Source: an uncultured Ezakiella sp. (GTDB lineage Bacteria; Bacillota; Clostridia; Tissierellales; Peptoniphilaceae). From it: 64,000 bases of DNA. The stretch spans positions 24,264-88,263 of the forward strand of contig NZ_CALTVH010000001.1 in the NCBI RefSeq assembly GCF_943913045.1. The letters run 5' to 3'. Positions 49,459-59,569 of this stretch are shown here, piece after piece; within the stretch, counting starts at the first letter, position 1, and every line of letters starts with the position of its first letter. The position numbers and the translations under genes are program-made. The notes under the pieces were generated by a model. That model made no database searches. It was not told the DNA's origin and was given only the letters and a program-made list of their open reading frames with translations.

Positions 49459-50521
49459 CGAATACAAGAGAAGGCCTACAAAAAAAATTAAAGTTGGTAA
49501 TGTATTTGTAGGGGGAGATGCTTCTATAAGTGTTCAGACGATGACAAATACTATAACCTCTGATGTTGATGCTACTGTTAAGCAAATTTTAGAGTGCGAA
49601 GGCTATGGATTGGATTTGGTTAGAGCGGCTATTAACACAAAAGAGGATGCACTTGCCATTAAAAAAATTAAAGAAAAGATCAATGTTCCATTTATTGCAG
49701 ATATTCAGTACGATTATCAGCTTGCCATGTGGGCTGCTGAGAATGGAGCTGATTGCATTAGGATAAATCCTGGCAACATGAAAGATAAAGAAGGTTTAAA
49801 ATCTTTAGTTAGCTTGCTAAATGAAAGGGATATTTCAATTAGAATAGGGGTTAATTCCGGCTCTATTGATACGAAAATAATAGATAAATTTGGTGGAGTC
49901 AATGCAAAAAGCCTTGTTGAAAGTGCTTTCGCTGAAGTAAAGACCCTAGAAGACTTAAATTTTACAAATATAAAAGTTTCTATTAAATCCTCAGATATAT
50001 ATGTGGCTGTTGCTGCCTATGAAAACTTCTCCAAAGCCATAGACTATCCTCTTCACTTGGGGATAACCGAAGCTGGACCTTATGAAGAAGGAATGGTAAA
50101 GTCAGCTATAGGTATGGGGATATTGCTGCACGAAGGCATTGGTGACACCATTAGAGTTAGTTTGACAGATGATCCATATAAAGAGGTTATAGCTGGTCAA
50201 AATATTTTAAAGTCTCTAAATTTAAATGCCAGGGGAATTAATCTTATATCATGTCCAACTTGCGCAAGAACAAATGGACAAATGATTGAGATGGTTAAAG
50301 AATTTAAAGAGCAAATGCCAAATATAAATGGGAAATTAAATGTTGCTATTATGGGTTGCAGCGTAAATGGCCCTGGAGAGGCCAGAGAGGCTGATATAGG
50401 AATTGCTCTTATGAAAAACAAGGTAAACCTCTTTAAAAAGGGGGAAATCATCAGAACTCTTGACAAGGATATGGCTGTTAGTGAGTTGATAAATGAGATA
50501 AAAATTATGGATGGTGAGTAG
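49439..50521 (+). CDS. ispG: 4-hydroxy-3-methylbut-2-enyl diphosphate synthase (MEP pathway)
   Basis: 360 aa; GcpE family, C-terminal Cys triad (CPTCAR ... GCSVNGPGE). Confidence 0.9.
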   Translation: MTFQDFSEYKRRPTKKIKVGNVFVGGDASISVQTMTNTITSDVDATVKQILECEGYGLDLVRAAINTKEDALAIKKIKEKINVPFIADIQYDYQLAMWAAENGADCIRINPGNMKDKEGLKSLVSLLNERDISIRIGVNSGSIDTKIIDKFGGVNAKSLVESAFAEVKTLEDLNFTNIKVSIKSSDIYVAVAAYENFSKAIDYPLHLGITEAGPYEEGMVKSAIGMGILLHEGIGDTIRVSLTDDPYKEVIAGQNILKSLNLNARGINLISCPTCARTNGQMIEMVKEFKEQMPNINGKLNVAIMGCSVNGPGEAREADIGIALMKNKVNLFKKGEIIRTLDKDMAVSELINEIKIMDGE

Positions 50522-53500
50522 AGTGGATAATTCGATTTTAGAACTGATATTAAGTGCTGATGACCTTGAACATTTTAATAGTTTGAACTTTAAAGTTGAG
50601 AGAGTAGACTTAGATACAAAGACTAATTCTATCAAGGTTAGCTCTTGTTCTAATCAAAACATTAATCAAATTGATTTGGATTTTATCAAGAGGGCTTTTG
50701 AAAAGTACTTATCTTCTCTTGAAGTTATAGTTAACAACAAAATTATAAAAACTGAAATTGAAGAAGAAAAAGATGTTGATGTTGAAAACTTACTTGATAA
50801 TGCCGAAAACTTTGCAGACAAATTTCAAGTTGATGATGAGGTTGAAAAAGAGGATTTAGCTTTTACAAATAAAGTTCTGACTGAAGAAGTGGATCCACCA
50901 AAGGAAAGTAAAAAGACTGAAAATAAAAAGAGTTTTTATAAATTTTCAAAAAAAGATTTTAAGAATGTTATAAAAATAAAAGATCTTACTCAAGATGATG
51001 TTTTCCCAACTGTGGAAGGAGAAATTTTTGCTTTAAACTTCAGAGATACCAGGCGTGAGGACCTAAAGATTTTGGGTTTTTATGTATATGATGAGACTGA
51101 GTCTCTAATGGTTAGGGCTTTTATAAATTCAGATAAACTGGAAGATATTAAAAACGATCTGTATGATGGTCAGTATATAAGATTAAATGGCGATTACGCC
51201 TACAACAATTTTGATAAAGCCATGGCTCTTACCATGCGCAATTATGAGATTGTAAAGAAGGAGACTCGTCGAGATAATGCAGATGTCAAGAGAGTGGAAA
51301 TTCATGCCCATACAAAGATGAGCACCTTGGCTGGGTCAATTGATGCAGGTGACTTGATTAAGCAATTAAAGGCGTGGGGGCACAGGGGTTTTTGTCTCAC
51401 AGACTTATCCAATGTCCAAAGTTATCCAGATGTAATGGATGCCTCAGATGAAAATTTCAAAATTGTATACGGTATTGAAGGCGTTTTAATTGATGATAAT
51501 GAAAGGCTTATAATTGATTATAAAGATGGCTTCAAAGACTTTGTTGTTTTTGATATTGAATCTACTGGTCTTAATCCCTATAGTGATGATGTAATTGAAA
51601 TCGGTGCTGTAAAGATTAGAAATGGGGAAATTGTTGACAGGTATAACCAACTAATAAATCCAGGCAGGCCTATATCAGCCTTTACAACGCAATTAACTAG
51701 CATTACTAACGAAGACCTAGCTGATAAACCAAGCTTTGAAGAAATAAAAGATGATTTTTATGATTTTATAAAGGGAACTATTTTAGTTGCCCACAATGCT
51801 GAGTTTGATATTGGTTTCATGAAGAGAAAATATAGTGAATATGGGATATATTTAGATAATCCATACGCTGACACACTTAAAATCAGCAGATATACTTTAT
51901 CGGACTTAAAGAGACATAAGCTTGATATTGTCGCTGAAAGACTTGGCGTAAATCTACAAAACCATCACAGGGCTGTAGATGACGCTAATGCTACAGCAGA
52001 AATTTTTATAGCTCTTGTAAATATTTTAATTAGGCAGGGAGAAATAGAAGATTTCTATGGACTCAAGGATATTAAATATATTAATGAGTTTTCTAGTTTT
52101 AATGCTCTTATTTATGCGAAGAACTATACAGGTTTGACAAATCTTTATCACTTGGTTTCAGATTCTCATACGGATAGCTTTATGCATGGTCCAAAGATTA
52201 TGCTAAGCGATTTGGAAAAATATCGAGAAGGTTTAATTGTTGGTGCAGAGGCAATAAAAGGTGATATATTCAATAAAATTCAATCAGGATTTTTAAAAGA
52301 AGATCTGAAAGATATGATTAGCAAATATGATTTTGTTGAAATTCAACCTTTTGATAACTACTCAGGCCTTTTGATGTCTAACAGATATAATTCAGTTGAT
52401 GATTTAACATCTATTTTAAAGGAATACATTGGAGCTGCAGATGATTATAATAAAAAAATAATTGCAGGCGGAAATGTATTTGAGATGGTTCCAAGCGATG
52501 TAATTATTAGAAGAATTCTAGCTAAAGGTCGCGGAGATTTCAGAGGAGAAAATGATCCACCTATGTTCTTGAAGACAACTGATGAAATGCTAGCTGGCTT
52601 TAATTTTATATCCGACAGGGCTTATGAATTTGCAGTTGAAAATACAAATGAACTTTTGGATGCTTGCGTGCAGTTAAGGCCAATTCCTAAGGAAAAGTTC
52701 CCACCTATAGTCGAGGGCTCAGATGTGGAGTTAAGAGAATCATGTTTAAAGAAAGCCAGGTCTATTTATGGTGATGATTTGCCTGAGATAGTTGAGAAGA
52801 GGCTTGATAAGGAACTAAATTCTATTATTTCAAACGGTTATGCAGTTATGTATATTATTGCAGAAAGGCTCGTAAAAAAATCGGAGGCAGATGGATATAT
52901 AGTTGGTTCGCGTGGTAGTGTTGGATCAAGCTTTGTTGCAACTATGAGCGGTATTACTGAAGTTAATCCGTTGCCTCCACATTATGTGTGTACCAAGTGT
53001 AAATACAGTGAGTTTGATGAAAGCGGTAAGTATAATGTTGGCGTGGATATGCCTGACAAAAACTGCCCACATTGCGGCATTGAAATGAAAAAAGATGGTT
53101 ACAATATTCCTTTTGAAACTTTCCTGGGCTTTAATGGAGACAAGGAACCTGATATCGACCTTAACTTTGCTGGCGAATACCAACCAAGGGCCCATGCTTA
53201 TGTCGAAGAATTATTTGGTCACAATTATGTCTTCAGGGCAGGGACTATTGGCACAATTAAAGATAAAGTTGGTTACGGATATGTAAAAAATTACTTTGAA
53301 GAGAAAGGTGAATACGTATCGGATGCTGAGGTTAATAGGTTAGTTAACAAGATGATTGGTATAAAGAGAACAACAGGCCAACATCCAGGCGGTATTATGA
53401 TCGTTCCAAAGAATAAAGATATCCATGATTTTTCTCCAATTCAGTATCCGGCCGATGATTCTAATACAGGCGTATTCACAACTCACTTTGCTTATAAGGC

Positions 53501-54566
53501 AATTCACTCAAATATACTAAAGCTTGATATACTTGGACACGATGGTCCTACTATGATAAGGATGCTGGAAGATATGACAGGTGTTAGTCACAAGAGTATA
53601 AGGTTTGATGATTCAGAAATTTTAAAAATATTTTCATCAACTGAGCCTTTAAAATTAGATCCAACAGTTTTGGAGTGCAGCACAGGTACTCTTGCTATTC
53701 CAGAATTTGGAACAGACTTTGTTGTAAGCATGCTTGAAGATACAAATCCTAAAAACTTTGCTGACCTTGTCAGGATTTCGGGCCTATCACACGGAACGGA
53801 TGTTTATTTAAACAACGCCAAGGACTTGATTGAACAAGGAATATGCGAGCTAAAAGACGTTATCGCAACCAGAGAAGATATTATGACTTATCTCTTGCAT
53901 GCTGGCATGGAAAATGATTTCTCTTTCTTTACTATGGAGAAAGTTAGGAAGGGAAAGCCACTCACCGAAGATGATGAAACCAGGATGAGAGAGCACGGTT
54001 TACCTGAATGGTATATAGATTCATGTAATAAAATTAAATATATGTTCCCAAAGGCTCATGCCGTTGCTTATGTAATGTTAAGTTATAGACTTGCATGGTA
54101 CAAGCTTCATTATCCCGAAGCCTTTTATGCAACTTTCTTTACAACCAAAAAGATTGACTTTGACTACTCTGTAATTGCTGGCGGTCTAGAAAAAATAAAT
54201 GAAAAGATAAAGGTGATGAAAGCTATTGAAAGGCTAACAAAAAAAGAGGAAAACGACTTGAAGTTATTAATTGTTGCAAGAGAAATGTATTTAAGAGGTA
54301 TATCATGTAAGCCGGCTGACATTTATAAGTCGGAGCCTTTTAAATTCTTGAAAGCTGAAGGAGCAATAATTCCTCCGCTAACTGTTATTCCAAACTTGGG
54401 AGACGGGGTTGCAGAAAGTATAGTCGAAGAGAGAAATAAATCTAAATTTTTAAGTCTTGATGACCTGATGAAGAGGACTCGACTAAATAAAACGAGTGTT
54501 TCATATATGAAAGACCATGGCATCTTAGAAGGCATGCAAGATACGAATCAAATATCTATGTTTTAA
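50511..54566 (+). CDS. polC: PolC-type DNA polymerase III (Gram-positive replicative polymerase with internal 3'-5' exonuclease)
   Basis: 1351 aa; OB domain, PHP, DEDDh exonuclease (FDIESTGL ... HNAEFD), Zn finger CxxC...CxxC, polymerase core; start ATG 50511 or GTG 50523. Confidence 0.95.
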   Translation: MVSRVDNSILELILSADDLEHFNSLNFKVERVDLDTKTNSIKVSSCSNQNINQIDLDFIKRAFEKYLSSLEVIVNNKIIKTEIEEEKDVDVENLLDNAENFADKFQVDDEVEKEDLAFTNKVLTEEVDPPKESKKTENKKSFYKFSKKDFKNVIKIKDLTQDDVFPTVEGEIFALNFRDTRREDLKILGFYVYDETESLMVRAFINSDKLEDIKNDLYDGQYIRLNGDYAYNNFDKAMALTMRNYEIVKKETRRDNADVKRVEIHAHTKMSTLAGSIDAGDLIKQLKAWGHRGFCLTDLSNVQSYPDVMDASDENFKIVYGIEGVLIDDNERLIIDYKDGFKDFVVFDIESTGLNPYSDDVIEIGAVKIRNGEIVDRYNQLINPGRPISAFTTQLTSITNEDLADKPSFEEIKDDFYDFIKGTILVAHNAEFDIGFMKRKYSEYGIYLDNPYADTLKISRYTLSDLKRHKLDIVAERLGVNLQNHHRAVDDANATAEIFIALVNILIRQGEIEDFYGLKDIKYINEFSSFNALIYAKNYTGLTNLYHLVSDSHTDSFMHGPKIMLSDLEKYREGLIVGAEAIKGDIFNKIQSGFLKEDLKDMISKYDFVEIQPFDNYSGLLMSNRYNSVDDLTSILKEYIGAADDYNKKIIAGGNVFEMVPSDVIIRRILAKGRGDFRGENDPPMFLKTTDEMLAGFNFISDRAYEFAVENTNELLDACVQLRPIPKEKFPPIVEGSDVELRESCLKKARSIYGDDLPEIVEKRLDKELNSIISNGYAVMYIIAERLVKKSEADGYIVGSRGSVGSSFVATMSGITEVNPLPPHYVCTKCKYSEFDESGKYNVGVDMPDKNCPHCGIEMKKDGYNIPFETFLGFNGDKEPDIDLNFAGEYQPRAHAYVEELFGHNYVFRAGTIGTIKDKVGYGYVKNYFEEKGEYVSDAEVNRLVNKMIGIKRTTGQHPGGIMIVPKNKDIHDFSPIQYPADDSNTGVFTTHFAYKAIHSNILKLDILGHDGPTMIRMLEDMTGVSHKSIRFDDSEILKIFSSTEPLKLDPTVLECSTGTLAIPEFGTDFVVSMLEDTNPKNFADLVRISGLSHGTDVYLNNAKDLIEQGICELKDVIATREDIMTYLLHAGMENDFSFFTMEKVRKGKPLTEDDETRMREHGLPEWYIDSCNKIKYMFPKAHAVAYVMLSYRLAWYKLHYPEAFYATFFTTKKIDFDYSVIAGGLEKINEKIKVMKAIERLTKKEENDLKLLIVAREMYLRGISCKPADIYKSEPFKFLKAEGAIIPPLTVIPNLGDGVAESIVEERNKSKFLSLDDLMKRTRLNKTSVSYMKDHGILEGMQDTNQISMF

Positions 54567-54579
54567 ACTTGCTATATAA

Positions 54580-54624
54580 AAATATCTATGTTATTATAAA
54601 TCTAATAACATAGATATTTTTTTA
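54580..54624 (+). terminator. Rho-independent terminator after polC
   Basis: 17-bp stem aaatatctatgttatta / taataacatagatattt, loop taaatc, T-run. Confidence 0.6.
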
Positions 54625-54633
54625 GGAGGAATT

Positions 54634-55719
54634 ATGAAAAAGCTGCTTTGTATTATTTTATCTTTAATAATGCTCACAAGCATTTCTTTAGCTGGAGCAC
54701 CGACTTATGAAACGAAAACTGTTAGTGGTGTAAAGGCTAATGTTGTAGAAGTAAAGTTAGAAAAGGGCGTTAAGCTCAGGGTGGCCAAAAATAATGACAA
54801 ACTTATTGGTGCTGAGTCCTTTCAATCAATGGTAAAAACTTATGGAGCCAAGGCAGCTATTAATGCTAACTACTTTGATGCATATAAAACCCTAGAGCCA
54901 ATGGCAACAATTATAAAAGGTAAACAAGTCATTCACATGGTTGGAAATACTGCAAGCCTAATGGTATATGATGATTATAAGGTTCACTTTGACACACTCA
55001 CACTATCTTACAAGGGGTCTCTTGATGGTAAAACTAAAAATGAGTGGAACAATAAAACACAAGCTATGGATTTTAATACTTTTAGTGTATGGTATGTAAA
55101 CCAAAGCCCTAATGACCAATCAGGTGTTTATATTTTTACAAAATACAGAAATAAAGATATAATTTTAAATGGCGGTTGGATAGTTGAGGTTGTTAATAAT
55201 GTTGTCGGTAAAACCTATTCACCAGCAGGAAAGATTACAATTCCTGAAAATGGCTATGTAATTTATTATGGACCTCAAGCTGCAGATAAAAATTATGTTG
55301 ACCAAAGATTTAAACAGGGCAGAACTGTTGGTTTAGAACTAGTGGACCAAACTGGCAGTTCAACCTTTAAAGCAGGGGATAAGGATATAAAATATTCAGA
55401 TGTTTCCGATATGATTGCTGCAGGACCTATGGTTGTAAAAAATGGTAAAAATGTAGCAGCAGAAAATAAAAAAGCTTTTAAAGAAGCAAAGATAAATACA
55501 AATTCAGCTCAGCGGTCTGCAATAGGGGTTACTGCAAATAATGAACTTGTAATGGTTACCTGTGTTGCAAATATGGAAAAGCTTGCTCAAGTTATGATAG
55601 CATTGGGTTGTAAAAACGCTATGAACTTAGATGGTGGAGCATCAAGTGCCCTTTATGTAAATGGAAAATGTGTAAAGCCTGCTGGAAGAAATCTAAATAC
55701 AATATTTATGGTTCAATAA
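54634..55719 (+). CDS. Secreted phosphodiester glycosidase-family (DUF2233/NAGPA-like) protein
   Basis: Signal peptide MKKLLCIILSLIMLTSISLAGA; C-terminal NLDGGASSALYVNG motif typical of the family; monocistronic (own RBS and terminators on both sides). Confidence 0.6.
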   Translation: MKKLLCIILSLIMLTSISLAGAPTYETKTVSGVKANVVEVKLEKGVKLRVAKNNDKLIGAESFQSMVKTYGAKAAINANYFDAYKTLEPMATIIKGKQVIHMVGNTASLMVYDDYKVHFDTLTLSYKGSLDGKTKNEWNNKTQAMDFNTFSVWYVNQSPNDQSGVYIFTKYRNKDIILNGGWIVEVVNNVVGKTYSPAGKITIPENGYVIYYGPQAADKNYVDQRFKQGRTVGLELVDQTGSSTFKAGDKDIKYSDVSDMIAAGPMVVKNGKNVAAENKKAFKEAKINTNSAQRSAIGVTANNELVMVTCVANMEKLAQVMIALGCKNAMNLDGGASSALYVNGKCVKPAGRNLNTIFMVQ

Positions 55720-55724
55720 TTAAG

Positions 55725-55748
55725 GCATGCCCAGAGCATGCTTTTTTT
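55725..55748 (+). terminator. Rho-independent terminator
   Basis: gcatgc-ccaga-gcatgc hairpin followed by TTTTTTT. Confidence 0.6.
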
Positions 55749-55796
55749 GTGTAGAAATGTTTATTTTTATATGTTATAATTAATCTAGGTGATAAA

Positions 55797-58376
55797 ATGA
55801 ATAATTTTTTAGTAATAGATGGATCGTCATTGGTTAACAGAGCTTTTTATGCCTTGCCACCTCTGACGAATAAAAAAGGCATACAGACAAATGCCATATA
55901 TGGATTTATAAGAATGTACAATAGGCTGATTGAGGAATACAAACCAGAGCTTGTTGCTGTTTTATTTGACCCAAAGGGACCAACCTTTAGGCACAAAATG
56001 TATGATGGATATAAGTCCACAAGAAAGAAATTTCCACCAGAATTAAGCTATCAAATTTCAATTTTAAAAAATCTTTTGGATGAAATGGGAATTAGAACTT
56101 ATGAAGTTCAAGGTTATGAAGCAGATGACTTGGCTGGAAGTTTGTCAAAAAAGTATTCTAATGATTACAATGTTGTTTTGGTTACTGGTGATAGAGACTA
56201 TTTGCAGCTTGTGTATGATAATGTAAAAGTTATTTATACAAAGAGAGGTATATCCGAAACAGTTGACTATGATAGGCAAATGATTATGGATGACTATGGA
56301 CTTACACCAGAACAGCTCATTGATTTAAAAGCTCTTATGGGAGATAAGTCTGATGACATCCCTGGCATAGATGGGATTGGCGAAGTCACTGCAAAAAAAC
56401 TTCTTCATGAGTATAAGACTCTTGATGGAGTTTATGAAAATATTGATAATATGAAGAAAAATAAAACCACCGAAAGAATTGCAAATGGCAAGGATGCTGC
56501 TTATCTTTCAAAAGAACTTGGAAGAATAAAGTGTGATGTTGAGGTTGAAGGTAAAGATTATTTTAAACTCAGAGATCCTAACACTGAAAGAGTAAATGAA
56601 ATTTTTTCTGACCTTGAATTCCAAGATTTTACAAGTGGAGAAAACAAGGACGATAAAATTGATGTCGAATATAAACTAGTCGATTCTTTTAAAGGAATTA
56701 AATTTGCTTCAAAGACTCTTGCTATAAAACAATTTTTCAGAAATTCCTACCACAATGAAGAGCCTTTAGCTTTTGGTGTATATGATGGAGAAAGAGCTTA
56801 TATTTCTGAGTCAGCTAATGATTTCTATGAAATTTTAGATGAAAAATATGAGATTATAGGTGGAAATATCAAAGAGGACCTATATCATTTAATAAAGAAT
56901 GGCATTAATAAAAATGTATTTATATTTGATGTTGTAGTGGGTGATTATTTAGTGGATCCAACTTCAAATGGAGAAACTATTTCTGCTGTATACGGAAGGT
57001 ATTTTTCACCTGCTAAAAACTACGAAGATCTTTTTTCTAAAAATAAGAAAACTAAAACAGAAGACTTTGATAAGGATGAACTCTTTAATTCATATGCTAT
57101 AGGTCTGGCGCAAATATATAAGCTCTATCCTGTCTTAAAAGACAAGATAGAATCCATGGGTATGACTAATCTATTAAAGGATATTGAGCTTCCGCTAACC
57201 CGCGTACTTGCAAATATGGAGTATGATGGAGTAGAGGTAAAAAAATCTATACTTGAAGATTTGGGCAAGCAATTCCAAGCGGATTTAGACCAGATGGAAG
57301 AAAAGATATTTGAACTAGCTGGAGAAGAATTTAATATTAATTCTCCTAAGCAGCTGGGCGAAATATTGTTTAACAAACTTGACTTACCTGTTATAAAGAA
57401 AACGAAGACAGGGTTTTCTACAGACCAAGAGGTATTGGAAAAATTAAGCGACAAGCATCCACTACCAAAATTAATTCTTGAATATAGACAAGATAGCAAG
57501 TTAAAGAGCACATATGTAGATGGCATTGTTAGTATAATTGATGAAGATGGGAGACTTAGGTCTACATTTAACCAAGTAAAAACTGCAACAGGTAGAATTT
57601 CTTCAACAGAACCAAACCTCCAAAACATTCCTACAAGAACTGAAAAGGGAAGAATGCTTAGGAAGGCTTTTGTTGCAAAAGATGGCCATCAATTACTTGA
57701 CCTTGACTACTCACAGATTGAACTTAGGGTTTTAGCTACAGTTAGTCAGGAAGAAAAAATGATTGAAGGCTTCCATGGTGATTTGGACATTCATAGGAAG
57801 ACCGCTAGTGAAGTTTTTGATATTCCTTATGATGAAGTTACAGATATGGAACGCTACCATGCAAAGGCTGTTAACTTTGGTATTGTTTACGGCATTAGTG
57901 ACTATGGACTTAGTCGTAATTTAGATATTGGTAGAGATTCTGCCAAAGAATACATCGATAACTACTGGAGACAATTTCCTAATGTAAAAAAATATATGGA
58001 CGATGTAGTTGAAGGTGCAAAAAAAGATGGCTATGTAACCACTTTGTTTAATCGCAGAAGGGCTATTCCTGAATTAAATAGCAAAAATTTTAACATACGT
58101 AGTTTTGGAGAGAGAATTGCTCTCAACACTCCAATACAAGGGACAGCTGCAGATATAATTAAAATTGCTATGGTAAAGGTTTTTGATTATTTAAGGGAAA
58201 ATAAGATGAAATCAAAACTTATTTTAACTATCCATGACGAATTGATTTTAGAAGCGGCTGATGATGAAGTAGATAAGCTTGCAAAAGATGTCAAGCATAT
58301 TATGGAAACGGTAACTGATATGGGTGTTGATTTAAAAGTTGATTATAGCATTGCAAAGGATTGGTATGAAGCCTAA
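55797..58376 (+). CDS. polA: DNA polymerase I (5'-3' exonuclease + vestigial 3'-5' exo-like domain + family A polymerase)
   Basis: 859 aa; 5' nuclease N-terminus, polymerase motifs A (DYSQIELR), B (RRxAKxxNFGxxYG) and C (HDE). Confidence 0.95.
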   Translation: MNNFLVIDGSSLVNRAFYALPPLTNKKGIQTNAIYGFIRMYNRLIEEYKPELVAVLFDPKGPTFRHKMYDGYKSTRKKFPPELSYQISILKNLLDEMGIRTYEVQGYEADDLAGSLSKKYSNDYNVVLVTGDRDYLQLVYDNVKVIYTKRGISETVDYDRQMIMDDYGLTPEQLIDLKALMGDKSDDIPGIDGIGEVTAKKLLHEYKTLDGVYENIDNMKKNKTTERIANGKDAAYLSKELGRIKCDVEVEGKDYFKLRDPNTERVNEIFSDLEFQDFTSGENKDDKIDVEYKLVDSFKGIKFASKTLAIKQFFRNSYHNEEPLAFGVYDGERAYISESANDFYEILDEKYEIIGGNIKEDLYHLIKNGINKNVFIFDVVVGDYLVDPTSNGETISAVYGRYFSPAKNYEDLFSKNKKTKTEDFDKDELFNSYAIGLAQIYKLYPVLKDKIESMGMTNLLKDIELPLTRVLANMEYDGVEVKKSILEDLGKQFQADLDQMEEKIFELAGEEFNINSPKQLGEILFNKLDLPVIKKTKTGFSTDQEVLEKLSDKHPLPKLILEYRQDSKLKSTYVDGIVSIIDEDGRLRSTFNQVKTATGRISSTEPNLQNIPTRTEKGRMLRKAFVAKDGHQLLDLDYSQIELRVLATVSQEEKMIEGFHGDLDIHRKTASEVFDIPYDEVTDMERYHAKAVNFGIVYGISDYGLSRNLDIGRDSAKEYIDNYWRQFPNVKKYMDDVVEGAKKDGYVTTLFNRRRAIPELNSKNFNIRSFGERIALNTPIQGTAADIIKIAMVKVFDYLRENKMKSKLILTIHDELILEAADDEVDKLAKDVKHIMETVTDMGVDLKVDYSIAKDWYEA

Positions 58377-58935
58377 AAAAAATGTAATAACAGGTAAAAT
58401 TGGATCTGGAAAAAGTAGCTTTATCAAAGTCTTAAAAGATAAAGATCAATTTGAATTAAGATCTGCAGATGATGATGCTAAGGAAATAATCTCAAATAAT
58501 ATAAATGAAATACAGGAAATTACAAATAGAATTTGTGGCGAAGAAATAGACTACAGGGATGTTTTTTTTAAAAATCAAGAGCTAAAAAGAGAAATCGAGG
58601 ATCTCGTCTATCACAAGCTTTATAATTTATATGCCAGTATCGAGTCTGACAAAGATATATTTTTTGAAATACCGCTTTATTTTGAATCTATAGATATAGC
58701 AAAAAAATGCGGTTTTATCCCTGATGAAGTAATTTATATTAATGTTAATAGGGACATCAGGTATAAGCGTCTTAAAGCTAGCAGAAATATGACAGACCAA
58801 GATATTATTGACAGGGACAAATACTTTGTTTCAGATGAATTTGCAATGAAAAATGCACATACCATAATAGATAACAACGAAAACTTAGAAAGGTTTCAAG
58901 AAAGGATAATGGAATATCTTGATAAAAAATATTAA
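58366..58935 (+). CDS. coaE: Dephospho-CoA kinase
   Basis: P-loop ITGKIGSGKSS at N-terminus; start at ATG 58366 overlapping polA stop by 11 nt (polA-coaE adjacency is conserved). Confidence 0.8.
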   Translation: MKPKKNVITGKIGSGKSSFIKVLKDKDQFELRSADDDAKEIISNNINEIQEITNRICGEEIDYRDVFFKNQELKREIEDLVYHKLYNLYASIESDKDIFFEIPLYFESIDIAKKCGFIPDEVIYINVNRDIRYKRLKASRNMTDQDIIDRDKYFVSDEFAMKNAHTIIDNNENLERFQERIMEYLDKKY

Positions 58936-59569
58936 ATTTTTAATTAAACTAATGCTTACGCTGGCAGTTTTATATGTTGGCGTAAACTTTTATTTATCAT
59001 ACAATTACCCAATAAAATATGAGAAAGTAGCTGATCAAGTTTGCGCAGAAGTTGGAGTGGATAAATCTTTAGTCCTAGCGATTATAAAAACAGAAAGCGG
59101 ATTTGATCCAAACGCAGTTTCCAAGAAAAATGCCCTTGGACTCATGCAGGTAATACCCGAAACAATCCAATACACATCACAAAAGTATGGGATTGAAGTC
59201 GGCATAAATGATATTTTTACTCCAGAAAAAAACATGGAGGTAGGGGCTTATTATTTAAAAAATTTAATTGAAAGATTTGGAAGCACAGATAGAGCAATCC
59301 TTGCTTATAACGCTGGACCAAGTGTGGTTAAAAGATGGATTGAAGAAGGTATCGAAGATGTAGATGATGATACTTATTTGTGGGTTCCATACGAGGAGAC
59401 TAGGAATTATATAAAAAGAGTTAAGAAAGCTAGGAAGGGATATGAATTTTTAATTAGTAAAGAATATAGGGTTCCACAAACCATGCAAGAATATTTTATG
59501 AAATTGACCAAGGCAGAAGATGGAATAGTCCCAGCTATAAAAAAGTTTATTAAGGGGTTTGTAAAATGA
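58919..59569 (+). CDS. Membrane-anchored lytic transglycosylase (Slt/MltE family domain)
   Basis: N-terminal TM anchor; catalytic region AIIKTESGFDPNAVSKKNALGLMQV ... AYNAG; start uncertain (TTG 58919 or ATG 58952). Confidence 0.7.
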   Translation: MIKNIKFLIKLMLTLAVLYVGVNFYLSYNYPIKYEKVADQVCAEVGVDKSLVLAIIKTESGFDPNAVSKKNALGLMQVIPETIQYTSQKYGIEVGINDIFTPEKNMEVGAYYLKNLIERFGSTDRAILAYNAGPSVVKRWIEEGIEDVDDDTYLWVPYEETRNYIKRVKKARKGYEFLISKEYRVPQTMQEYFMKLTKAEDGIVPAIKKFIKGFVK

